A DNA stretch of 64,000 nucleotides, taken from positions 62,001-126,000 of the forward strand of contig ADNK01000825.1 of the NCBI GenBank assembly GCA_000320545.1. Reading direction: 5' to 3'. Below are positions 52,009 through 64,000 of this stretch, piece after piece. The number at the start of each line of letters is the position of its first letter. The first letter of the stretch is position 1. This DNA is from Bigelowiella natans CCMP2755 (taxonomy: Eukaryota; Protista; Cercozoa). Made by a program: the position numbers and the translations under genes. The notes below the pieces were generated by a model, which did no database searches, was not told the DNA's origin, and saw nothing but the letters and a program-made list of their open reading frames with translations.

Positions 52009-53753
52009 AGAAGAAGAAGGAGAAGAGGAGTGATGATGCCTTGACTTCAGAAATGTAGTGTGTGAATGTTCCTAGTTTTACATTTTCTTATGTTTCGCCG
52101 TCTAGTTCTGACTCTCCTTCTCTCCCCCCCTCTTTGGTTTTATTCGTACAGGTAAGAGGGTGGCAAGGATGGGTGTCGGACTGGGCATGCAGGTGGTGTT
52201 GGCGATATGATGGTGGTGATGATGATGATGATGATGATGATAATGATGATGCAGATTCATGGTGAGACTTGATGTCTTCTTAAGGTGACAGCGCTTCGAG
52301 GTTCCTTGGGAAAAGGGGCTGGGTACACTGATGAAATAGGCGTGAGGGTGAGTCAGCAGCATACAAAGCAGCAGCAGCAGTAGCAGTATAATCATCATCA
52401 TCATTATCATCATCATCACCATAAGCACCTGACAGAAACAGAAGCGTGTTGTGAGCCGTTGCAGTGATGATGATGCTGCTGCTAGTGATGATGGTGATGA
52501 TGATGATTGTACGGTTGTTATGATCTTAGGTGCGGCCTAGCTGTGATCTGGTCGAATGCTTGAAAGATGTTAGAGCTCTCGTATTGTGCTGCCCGGGTAT
52601 ATAGCATTCTAGGACTGAAAACTCCTACTTGGCTCTCATGCCATCATCATCGTCATCGTCATCGTCATCATCATTATCATCATCATCATCATCATCATCG
52701 TCGTCATCCACATAATCATTACTGCTGCCATCATTGTTCCCAACTTATTCTTTCATCTCACTTATATCTTCAGGCACAAGCGATACAATCGGAATGATAG
52801 GTCAGTGGAAGATGCGTGAAGGCCATCTCGCGCTGTTTTCAGATACCATGTGTATGTACATCCCATCTGACGATTTGGAGATGTTTCTAAGGTGCACGCG
52901 AGCTCGAACTAATGCCAGAAAGCGCCATTCTCGTTAACGTTGGGAGAGGTATCGAATAATTCTACAAACCCACCACTAGCGTGATCGATACACACCGACA
53001 AAATAAAAGTAGTACGGAGCATTGAGGAAGAAACTTGAAGAATCTATTTACAGAGAGAGTGCTATCTTTGTATTGATTATTCTCCCATTCTCCGCCTTTC
53101 TTTCACGCATTTCTCTTTCCTGCTCTCCAGGACCAGTTGTCGACGAAGAGGCCCTGTACAACGCACTCAAGAATAGGTCGATATTTGCAGCCGGTATTGA
53201 TACGTGGTACAACTATCCGAAGGACTTTAAGGTATCGATCTTAAGCAAAGGACACCACAAACACTATGTTGTTGTTGCTGCTGCTGTTGTTGTTATTGAT
53301 GAACTTTTCGCCTTATATCACACGCTCATATCAGTCTCGAAGTTCGACGGCCCCTAGCAAGTTTCCCTTCAGCGAGTTGAACAACGTCATTATGTCGCCG
53401 CACCGAGGAGGTTGTTATTCCGTTGCTATTTACTCTTCCTTGTACTTTCTAGTCCATCGGGGTGGACGATGTAGATGACGAGCCTGGTGAAAATACCGAT
53501 TAATTTTGTCTTTCGCCACGCACCCAAGAGATTCTCGGTATCCTCAGTGCCGTCACAGATTTTGCTGAAAGGATGATAAACAGACCCGCACACGTTTACA
53601 CGCATGTTCGATTTCAATCATGTCAACTCTGCAGGTGGAATTGGTTGTGCCGAGGTGGAGGAACTTCGAATGATGCATCTTGCTGACGGCTTGAACAAGG
53701 TTGCTGGAGGACGGGATTGGCCACATCTCTTCAGCTTGAAGGCAGGGTATTAA
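50060..53753 (+). CDS. D-isomer-specific 2-hydroxyacid dehydrogenase family protein
   Basis: Exon motifs IVVPYAG, HHNAGATAEMALSLLL, KMVVVGYGQLG (Rossmann), LVNVGR|GPVVDEEALYNAL, AGIDTWYNYP, NVIMSPHRGG; ends SLKAGY* (TAA 53751-53753). Confidence 0.88.
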
Positions 53754-54485
53754 AACAAAGCGTGGTGATGATTCCATGGCATGTCGCGAGAAGCATCGAT
53801 TGTGAGCATTGGTATAAGAGTCGGGAGAGGTTGTGCTTCGCATGAATAATTACAAGACCACAAATTTACATCAATAAGATTGTTGTATTGTCCACACAAT
53901 GAACCTTCCTTAGCTATGAGCATTTCTCCACGTGCATTAGAGCTATCATTGCGAAGATATGCGATGCCTATATACAGCGCAGTGCCGTGCGACTAATGTT
54001 GTGAGCTTTGTGTACCAGCATGTGCTTTATCGCAAAGAGCAATCGTGCATGCTGCACTAAAATAATATGGATTTTAAGCTGGCGTATGTGCAGCCGCTGT
54101 AGAAATGGCTCTGTTGACAGCTCAGTAGCAACTGGCGAATACAGAGCATTGGTGCGACTACACGAAACTAGCTGTATGATAAGCTTGGTCTATTTCATTG
54201 TTCATCCCCGCCCCTGCTGTGTGCAGGCAGCGCAATGGATCATACCTTTTCTTTTTTCAAATACAAAGAGGTAGTAGGTTGATCGCAGTAACGTCATGGC
54301 AAAACACGCAGTAGCAGCAGCAGCAGCAGCAGCCACCTTGCAGTTGAGGACCGACAACATCTACAATTATATAGCGAATGTATGTAGAGATCCTGATGCT
54401 CTATCTGGACTACAGTTTGTGTTACTACCATAACCAATGCCACGTACATCTGCACACACCAATCAATTTGGACAACCATTCCTAG

Positions 54486-56825
54486 CTATAACTTGCTGGA
54501 TAAAGTAACATCTCGAGCTGCCGGTAACGATGGTGACGGTCTGGAAGAACTTAGACACTTACTTGGAGGGGTACTCACTCTTATGACGACTTTCCCGAAA
54601 CGGCTCTTGTCACTTGCCATGTAAGAGAATGCCTACGTGGAAATGAAATAGTGTAGTAAGCTTTTGGGCTCGTAAAAGCTTCGCATGATTCTCGGTAAGA
54701 AGTCTACTGGGAGATAGCTGCAGGGGGGGGGAGGGGGGTCGTATTGTGCGATTACTACTATCACTACTGCTGTTTCTAATACTTCTTTGGAGTGAGCAAG
54801 ATCGAACACTTTACCCACAACGGGCCTAATCCGATGGGTTTCCATGGTCTATAATGGCACAGAGGGCGGAGGGGGGGGGGAGAAGAGAGTTTGCTATTAA
54901 GAAACAGCAACGACGAAGATCTGTCGGTCGTCAGACAATGCACAGGCTGCAAAAAAATATGTCATCATCATCTTCATCATCGTGGTGATTGTTGCCTTGA
55001 GCATATCTTCGAATCCTTGTTTGTGGCCTACCACGAGTCCCTGGATGCGAATAGCTGATGGTGGTGAGAGCATCGTGTGAGGAGGAGGAGGAGGAGGAGG
55101 AGATCTTTTACCACTAGGAATCATGCAAAAAAAACAAGTATTCGGACATAAATGACTGCTCGACTTCGAAAACAGTAGAGTTTGAGATCTTTTTCCCGCT
55201 GCTACTGCTGCTGCTGCTACTACTACCACCTTTGTAGAAGATTTTGTCTAGTCTCTTTATTTCACCTGAATTGGAATAATGCTTTGCTACTACTGCTACC
55301 ACTGCTACTACAACACCATTTGATGTACCTCCCCTTCCTCCTAGGTTTCCTACCATCATGATCTTCCCTATCAGTATAGCAACAACATATATAACATCGG
55401 CCAGCATCAACGCATTGGAAGTGAAGCTGCGCTGTGACAAGCATGATGACCCGTATTCTGCTGCTGTGTTTGGCAGTGGTTCTATCTCTCGAAGATGTTT
55501 TTGAAGATAGAGGGGCAGGATGGAGAACGAATCAATGATGACAACAACAATAATGATGGTGGTGGTGGTGATGATGGTGATTATAATGGTGATCTTTGGC
55601 CTTTGATTCGGATGAGGACGGGCTCATCTGTGCTCGATGTTCTCGTAGGTTTTGGTGTTGCATGGCTTTCCTAACGATACCTCCAATCCTTACTGCATCT
55701 ATAGCATTTGACAGGGTAGCAGCTGCACGTCGGAAAAAGGGGAGGACGAGGATAGTGAACGAGGGGGAGATAAATTGATACTCATGCAGCTGCTACTGAT
55801 GATGATAATGACAATGTACTAATGGAAACCACCACTCTTCTTTCTACTACCGTTACACTCCCACACCACTTCCAGTTGCTACGTCATTATCATCATCATG
55901 GTCGTCGTCATCATGGAAGAAAGGCCCAACCTCCGCCAACATCCACCACAGTATCGACCCCTCCTTCTGCCTTTCTTCCGTTGGTGCTGCTATCATCTCG
56001 TAGCTTGCAGCTGATCTCATATGCCTAACAACGGACAGCCATGAATGATGAGATGGTGGCTTTGCGAGGTGGGTCGCTGCTGCTGAATTGAGAGTATTCT
56101 GGAATGATATCTCCTCACCCTTTGGCATTTCGATTGGCTTTTCTATAACATGATTGTTCCTCCTCCTCCTCCTCCCCCTCCTCCTCCTCCGCCACTACCA
56201 TCTCATCTTCACATGGCTAACCATGACAATATCAATAAAAGCCCTACCTTCTTTCCCCACGCCTTCGTGTTTGAGTAGTTTATGCACACGTCAGCCCCTA
56301 GATGACGATAGCAGTGATACATTTTGATCGGGGAGCAACCGATGGATGCATGACCGTGCGAATCACCTCCAGCAGCCGCATCTTCTTATCGTTGAATGCA
56401 ATCAATGCCACCACCACCACTACTACAACTACTGCTACTGCTATTACTACTACTACTACTACTACAACTACTGCTACGGTGACCACCACCTAATTTGCGC
56501 ACAAGTTCGAGCTTGGAATTGCTTTGTTCCCGAGTAGTGGGAGGAGGGTTTTGCACCAACAACGACGATGATGACAACACAACAATTCTATTATCAGCAA
56601 CTGAGAACAACACGGATTCGCTGCGCGGCATTGATGGAACATCTTCTTCTTCTTCTTCTTCTTCTTCTTCTTCGTACATGTACCAAGAAGAATGGCTGAC
56701 TGACTACCTGCTGGACGTGCATATCACCTTCAGCCCTAGAGCCTTGGCAAATTGGAGTGAAAATACACTCACCCCCCTGACGATGACGACGACGACGACG
56801 ACGATGATGATGATGATGATGACGC

Positions 56826-56859
<34 letters not shown>

Positions 56860-56967
56860 GATACAGGCTGTACTAACAGACGGTATGCATGCAGAAATTC
56901 GATTTATGCAGTATTATTTTAATGTACACACATGAAAACATTATCATACGGTTACATACGCCCCAGG

Positions 56968-57004
<37 letters not shown>

Positions 57005-59210
57005 TTATCAATGCATGTGGAACTTTCATTGCACGAGCAAGAGGGGGAGAGAAAGAGGAGAAAGAAAGAGAAGGAGAATGAGAAAGGAGAGAGGGAGAGA
57101 GGGAAAGAGGGAAAGAGGGAGAGCAGCGCACCCTGTCCCTTCCAATAAGATGATCGGAGTAGCTCGTCCAGCAGGAACGTCGTTTGCACGAGCTTTTAAT
57201 GAATTGTTTTCCTGGTTGTTTCTCCGCCTCCCTTTAACCCTCCCCCCCCCCCCCTCCTCCTCCTCCTCCTCTCCCATCTCCTTGTAGTCGTAGCTACCTT
57301 TCACTGCGAACCACGCTGTCAACCCCGCACTGAGAAACCAGGAGGATAGATATAATCAAAGAACGACGACGATACATACCACCAGCACGGCAGTGGAACA
57401 TAACCACACAACCCCGCCCCCCCCTCCAACAACAAAAATAGTCCTGAAAGTGTGCTGACAATAACGTCGTGGGAAGATGTGCAGGGCAGGAGGAAGGGAC
57501 TGCATATATCGGCAAGTGATGCCCTTATCAACGGATGATGGCTGAGGTGATAACTCCTTTGCGTCATCTTCCTCCTACAACTAATTCTTCCACCGCAACT
57601 GCTGATGCAATGTAGTGCGTCACAGGCACGTTTTCCCACGGACTTCGACGTCGGCGAAGCAACAATGAGATCCTGCCCACGATAGTCTTCGGTTTGTCCG
57701 ATCCAAATAGCACGCTACTATTCTCGAAATAACTGTTTTTTCTTATCATGATTTGCAACTACACCATGGCAGTGTGCACGCCTCTTCGTCGCTAAGATAC
57801 GCAGGAATCTTCGCCACTTCCGACTCTTTGATTCTGATCGTATCCCGCAGCACCCCATGACGAGTTGTACCGCTATGGACGTCCATTCCGCCAAGAACCT
57901 TTATCGTTATGGAGGAAACAACAACAACAACAACAACAACAGCAGGAACCACAACAACGCAATAATTTATGTTTTTTTGTTGGTGTATGGAGGTGGTGTG
58001 GGGAGAGAAAGTCTAAAGCGCAGCAGGCACTTGCTTCAATTTGCGTCAGTAATGAAAATAAGGCAGATATTCTTAGAAGATCTTGCGGGTATCAGCCTCC
58101 TCCTCCTCCTCCACCCGTTCTAAAATCCTGCTATTTCCCAGTCGATATATAAGAAATGATAATTGCATAATGTCCTTCTACGGCAAGACATCAAAAATGA
58201 GGTTTTTGTTGTAACATGTCTACCTCTACCACAACCACTACTGTTACTGCTGCTGCTGCTACTACTACTATAGAGATATAGATACCCCTGCCAAGGTGGA
58301 GGATTTGGGTTTGCTTCCTTTCCACTTGGGAAAGAAAAGAGGGCACACCTACCAAAAATACAGCAGGGGGGAAAGGGAGGGATTACATTAGAATTAAATA
58401 TACCCCTTTCAATAGTTCTTACTGAACGACGATGGTATTGGATAAGTACCAAAAATAAGAAAAACACGACAATGGGATTGATTTGTAGGATTGATTTGTG
58501 CAAAATCTATAATAATTGGTTGTTTTGTGTGACGTAGCAATACCCTGTCCCCCACTGACAAGAACTTGACATTTTCCCCAAGTCGAGTGACTACGCCGAC
58601 GCAGTCGCTACATGGAATCTATCATGTGTGGTAAGTTCTTCTCAGAGGTGTACTTGAAATGTGCTCATTTGGGTGCGTAGTTGTGGCAGGCAGTACAACA
58701 CACAATTAGGCGGTCATTGAATCAAGGAGGTTGGTTTCCGTACAAAAGGGAGATTCTTCGGAGACATGTACTTCGCGTGCATCTAATAAAAACAGCAGAT
58801 TTGAAGGTATAGTCTCATTGCAGCGAATATAATATAATCATTTCCGCTGATAATGTATCTCTTGACCAGGTCGCGGAAGTTGAGGCTGACGGCGCTCACT
58901 TTGATCTCAACCAAGTCGTCTTGGAGGGGACCATCGCAATTATCTAGTGACAACCTGAAACATCCACTAAAATGAAAGCGATATTCGATGCCGGCTTGGA
59001 CTCGTTCATCTCTAGGGATGAACGTCGACGCCGGAAGTACCCGAAACTGTTTCCAAGGCTTGGAGTGAATCGAAGGGAGTTGATCTTAGATCCTTCTGAC
59101 GACATAAACGGAGGGAAAAACCGAACAAGATCATTGAGTGCGCTCCTCACCTCCACCACTCCTATCATGGCGCGCTCACCTTCTCTGACAAGCACCACTC
59201 CTGACGCCAT
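54486..59210 (-). CDS. Medium-chain dehydrogenase/reductase (quinone-reductase/ADH-like, MDR7-like) with C-terminal SKL (PTS1)
   Basis: VEIKVSAVSLNFRDL, PCSDCVGVVTRLGENVKFLSVGDR, IPAYLSDEEACTLP, TAWFAV, IQGLVVGHKQGFEDML, IRPVVGKVFDL, FGKVVI; the last exon ends VTLSSKL*. Confidence 0.88.
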
Positions 59211-59356
59211 TGCAGTGCTTGCTCGGGAATGATCAGCTGTCTTCTTCTGAGGAAGTGCTCTTCCTGTTCAAGAAGAAATGGCATGTATTACCACGGGAAA
59301 TTTGCACAAAAACATTGTCGTTGCACGAAATTGCATCATCAACTACCGGTAATGCA

Positions 59357-60459
59357 ATGGCCGACCGTGCTCACGTCATGGAAACGGAGGAAAGCGGCAG
59401 GGGGGGTGATCACCAATGTCCTGTGCAAATAATCTATTGTTCTAATTTTGGTGTGATGTGCTTTCAGGGGAGAAGCGCAAAAGCATATCGGATTACGAAC
59501 GAGGAAGCGAAACAAAAGGTGATTTTCTGTTTTCTACATGAATGACTAACGCATTTCTCGGAACATGTGACCAAGTGGCGACCGTGCACTTTTGGTGAAC
59601 TGAACCTAGAGCAAAAGCGGAATCAGATTCTTCTGCTGAAGAACGAAGTTTGCAAATGTATTCAGAACGGAAATTGAGGTTTGGCGGGGGTAAAGTATGA
59701 AGAACTGTGCGGGTCAGTTCTACAAGTAGGAGCACGGGTGCGCACAGGGTCTATTGAGGATGGGAAACTGAAGCACAATACAAGCATGCCTTTTCCAGAA
59801 GAAATGGAGATTACTAGGCCAGATTGGTGGCCATCGAACGCAATGCCATGGCCACCAACCATCAGGATCCAAACTTTCCTTGTGAGGACTTTGCAATCTT
59901 AGACGTCATAACATTGTGTGTGTTTGGCGTGACAGTCTCCGAGCCGACTTTCAAAAGCATGGGGGACCTTGGTAACGCAAAGACATTGGTGAATTGTCAA
60001 GGGAACATCAAGCATTTCCCTGATGTGATTAGAAGATTAGGGATCATGAAAATTCCAGGCGACGTCAAATTGGTTTGTGTGTATCTCGTGCCGTACAAAA
60101 CATTGGAAAAGGTTGTATGGTGATGGGAGAAGCCTAACATCTCCAGGACTCCACAAAAATTTCCAAGAAAGGGCTTAATATGACCTCACTGACAAGAAGG
60201 AAGTGGATGCGGCGTTGGAAATGCGATGGATGCTCCGTGGCACAAGAGTAGCAACCTTTATTGTGTGCGGTTTTCTAGCAACTGAAGAATTGTTCTCTTT
60301 GTAGGTAAAACACTTTCAAAGAAAAGGGATTTGCTAAAGGATCATGCCCATGATTGCAAGATCATCATGGACTTACACCTAAGGAAAGAAATCATGGCAG
60401 CTGGAATTCCAATAGAATGTGCTGATGAAGAATTTCGAAACATCTTTCACAAAGTTTGA
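59357..60459 (+). CDS. Possible small multi-exon gene or decaying gene, product unknown
   Basis: Series of plausible short exons bounded by AG/GT; the last reads GKTLSKKRDLLKDHAHDCKIIMDLHLRKEIMAAGIPIECADEEFRNIFHKV*. I could not assemble a complete frame. Confidence 0.3.
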
Positions 60460-61120
60460 TTCTAGTGATTGTGGACGGCGTTCTGTGACTGCAATGCGAC
60501 ACGATGGCGCGATGCTCTGCTGTGGATTTTTGCTATGCCATTTTAACAAAGATTGTTTTCACCGAAGACATGTGATGTGCCTAGGATTTTCATCATGTCA
60601 TTCTAGCAATTTAATTCAGCAGTAGGTCGTCAGTAGGCATGAATCTAGAAGTTTTCATGTTGCGCAATTCCCGCAATTTTTGCCACCATCGATAGTAGGG
60701 AAATGAAATGTGGGGTATGGTCATTGCCCAGCAGCAACAACAGGTGCAACAGGCGAAGGCGATGCAGGCTGTGCTGCTCGTCAATCTAGCTGGCCCCCTA
60801 GTAGCCTCTGGCTCGCCTGCTGACAGCATTTCACCATGCATCACACTCGTTTGTTGCTGGCTCGTGCGAAGTTTTCTTTGTGGCATCATTGCCTCACGCA
60901 AACATCATGCATTTGATCAAATGCATTTGTTTTCATGTGGGTGCCAACAAGCTGCAGCGCGTTGAATTGCACGATGTCCACAGAGCAGTGTGGTGCACAT
61001 GTTGTCTGGTGCCACTGCAAATGACTCACTTATAGACTTGTCAATGAAATCAACTAGAACATGGATCATCAACAACACGAGTTCTTCTGTGTCATGCATA
61101 GCAAAAAGCAGAAGATATTG

Positions 61121-63445
61121 TTATCTGTAGTGAATCTTAAACTCCCCGTTTCCGAGAAGGGTTCGAACAGCAACGTACTCTACATCAATAGGCTTGGCAT
61201 TCGTGTCCTTCCATGTAAGTAGCTTGCTACTTCCTACTTCATCTCCTGAGAGAATACGCACAAAATAGACAGTTTTGCGTTAAAAACATGCATTGTCGAC
61301 ACTGTAATGATCTACTCTCTGCGGCAATGGCTACCTTTTCCAATCTGTACATTCCCATTTCGAAACGATATCCAAAATTTTCTAAGCTCGTTGGGATCCA
61401 GCAGCCCTGCAGAATGGTAATAATTTGTTTTTTCGTTTCTCGTACGAAGACAAGAATACATGATGCAAAGGTGTATCGATGTACTAATAGAACGTTATTC
61501 GCATCCCACTATTGCTTTCCCTCTCTCTCCCGCTCTCCCCGTTTCTCCGCACGCGAACCTTGAGTGTTCAAAGAGGCCCCGGAGCCTTCGTCAAGGCCGG
61601 CCATCACGAAATAGCGGTCGCCTTTAAGCTGCAAGTAATCGAGGGGGGGGAATCGGGTTATTTTGAGGTCAATTAGCAATTTAGTTGCAAGAAAGAGCAA
61701 ATTCCTCGGAGCTGGAGGGAGGGGAAGCGGGGTTTGTGCATAATTGGTAACAAGTGATACTACCAGTTTCATGTTGTCTCCGTCGCCGTCTTTGCTCTCT
61801 TCGTTGAGAGCAAATCCTGAGTATGTAAGCAAACAATATAAGTTATGTGGAAAGTAGTGATAGCAACAGAAGTAGTAGTAGGAGTAGCAGCAGCAGCAGC
61901 AGCAGTATAAGCGGTAGGAGTAGTCGCCCATTCTATCGTAAATATCCTCAGTACCTGCATCAGCCTTCCGACTGCTAAATTTGATGTGCCACAATGCATG
62001 CGTGAATCCTCCGGCCGACATCACAGGCTGGCTACTAACAAGAGCCACCTGTGATGTGCGAGTTGGAACCGAATAGAACAGAATATCAACGTAAAGGGAG
62101 AGATAGACAGGTGAGGCCAAAATAGAGCATGCACCATCATTTCATCATATCCCCAACAAATTAATTTGCATGCCTGTTACATGTTCATGTAAGATAGAGC
62201 ATTTGTTTGGTGTGATTAAGAAATGCCGCTAGCCACATCACCCCACCTGCTGGGTGCCGTTGTAATTCGCAAATGCGATCCGAAGGCCGTTTCCTATCAG
62301 TAGCGGTTGCGTTGTGATTTTGTACGTGGCATCGAATTGCATTGCAAGAATTGCATGCACTAGGAGCAGCATATGGTGGATTGGAGATATCTCCTGCAGT
62401 AGTAGTACCTGCTATGATCCGGGATGTAAATCCGTGGGCTATGGGGAAGTTACTGGGGAGAATATCACGCAAGTTCGCCTGCAGCCTGAATCTATGGATG
62501 ACCATCTTGCCCCCCTTGGCTGTGTATCTGCGACACCCATTGGTATGGTATCAGGCAAAAAGCGAAAAGAGGGGGAGTACGGACACTAGTGGGGGAGGGT
62601 GGTTGGGGGGGGGGGACAGTATGTGTAATGTGGGATAATGACGGGAGGAACAGAACTGCATAGGAGCGCTGAGATCGGTCGTATGGTAGTTAATTGGGAA
62701 TGAAAAGCAGCTGGAAATCACTGACCCTCCGAAGATAATGTTCCGCTGCCCTTGCGCCTTGGCCAAAAGCTTAGCTCTGAACTGCTGGTAGGACGGGGTA
62801 GCTGGAGCAAACAACCAAGGATGATTATTATCGTGGTTAGCTTTACTGTTACAATCCAAGTTTGCGTAGTATTGATTATAGCAATGACGACGACGACGAC
62901 GACGATGATGATGATGATGATGATGGGAGCAGCCTCACATGAGAATCCATCGTTTGTAAAGTCCCATAGCTCACAGAATTGCGGGTATTTGGTGATGTGC
63001 AGTGGCTCATCAAGGACGAGAGATGCTGTTACAACGATAGCTTTAGTTAGAACCATCGATACAGACAACCTCCCACCATGGGACATATAAGATATATTCT
63101 CAATCACTAACCCCAGCTGCGTCTTTTTATAGTCGTCTGCTTGTTACCAGAACCAGAGAGTTGAATGTGGTAAACCTGGAAGTAGTAATAAAATGAACAT
63201 TATTAATGAGATAGGTCGGGCGGCGGGGAAATGTATTTCTTTTATTCAGTGGAAAACACGTGGGGAGAGAGAGCGAGGAGAAGGAGGAGGAGGAGGAGGA
63301 GGAGGAGGAGGAGGGGAAAGAGGAGGGGTGTGAAAAGGGTTTGGAAAACTGCATGTGGCTTCCACAAGCATTGGTTTTCTGCCAAGGCGTTTCCAACACT
63401 TTAGTAGTGGTGTGGGTGTGCTGCTCTCCGGCACCGTTTAGAAAG

Positions 63446-63483
<38 letters not shown>

Positions 63484-64000
63484 TATATTTTATATAAACA
63501 TATATCATCCCTGATGATAAATTTGTGGCTGCAGTACCTCCCCCCTCTTCTGCCTTGATTTCATCAACACGATCTCAACCAGCTGGCTTGCTTTAACTGA
63601 AAGCAATAGAGAGCGCCCCCGCACCAGCGCCGGTATGAGCGTGAATTCATACGAATTACCGGTTTTGGCACTAAATGCCTTTTCGGCGGCAGAGGCGGCA
63701 GCATGTGAGTAGTCTGGACTCGCACGGCACTTGCACCTGACGTTTGTAAGGGACAAGGAAAGCACTGACGCATCACACGCTACTCGGGCTCCTCATCAAA
63801 GAGAAAGAGTGTGAGAATGAGAGAAGGCAAGGCATATGTTACTTCAATAACATCAAGGTTGCTCGATTGCTTTCAGCACGATCCGACTATCTTTTTCTCT
63901 CTATTCTTCTGTGCAACTACTTACATGTCAAACTCGTCCCTGAGCTCCACATTCGATGTAAGCGGGTCGGCGTAGGCCATCTTAAGACTGCATCGGAACT
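61121..64000 (-). CDS. Protein with C-terminal FAMeT (farnesoic acid O-methyltransferase-like) domain; 5' end outside the window
   Basis: GLLDPNELRKFWISFRNGNVQIGK|GDEVGSSKLLTWKDTNAKPIDVEYVAVRTLLGNGEFKIHYR* fits the FAMeT pattern LxxxExRxFWI...IxVG...WxD...YxxxxT. Further minus-strand exons continue to the window end. Confidence 0.7.

Noticed and set aside
60460-61120. Possible decayed transposon (TG/CA-rich, short ORFs)
   Set aside because: No transposase or RT motif and no terminal repeats; the composition matches the other convergent spacers.

Overview
Intron-rich eukaryotic nuclear DNA with GT-AG introns, microsatellite-loaded gene bodies and standard genetic code. It looks protist-like, but the taxon cannot be fixed from sequence alone. 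Most ORFs in the supplied track are exon fragments or repeat shadows. Manual splicing gives about 14 genes in strictly alternating orientation: PPR protein (+), TPM/Zn-ribbon protein (-), NLS+CaaX protein (+), putative myristoylated protein (-), a ~27 kb giant HECT E3 ligase (+), AT-hook/zf-CW/SANT protein (-), coiled-coil/UBA-like protein (+), RG/Pro-rich protein (-), HNH endonuclease (+), SH3 protein (-), D-2-hydroxyacid dehydrogenase (+), MDR oxidoreductase with PTS1 (-), a weak unknown gene (+) and a FAMeT-domain protein (-). The main result is inside the HECT gene, in a reading frame the ORF track misses. It holds a ~380-aa FG-repeat exon followed by a Nup98/Nup116-type GLEBS (Rae1/Gle2-binding) motif split over three micro-exons, plus a CCCH zinc finger flanked by FG repeats and three near-identical introns. 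From the CCCH exon to the catalytic HECT Cys, every junction can be spliced in frame. This suggests a nucleoporin-like, mRNA-export-linked ubiquitin ligase. All gene models are hand-predicted and lack transcript support.
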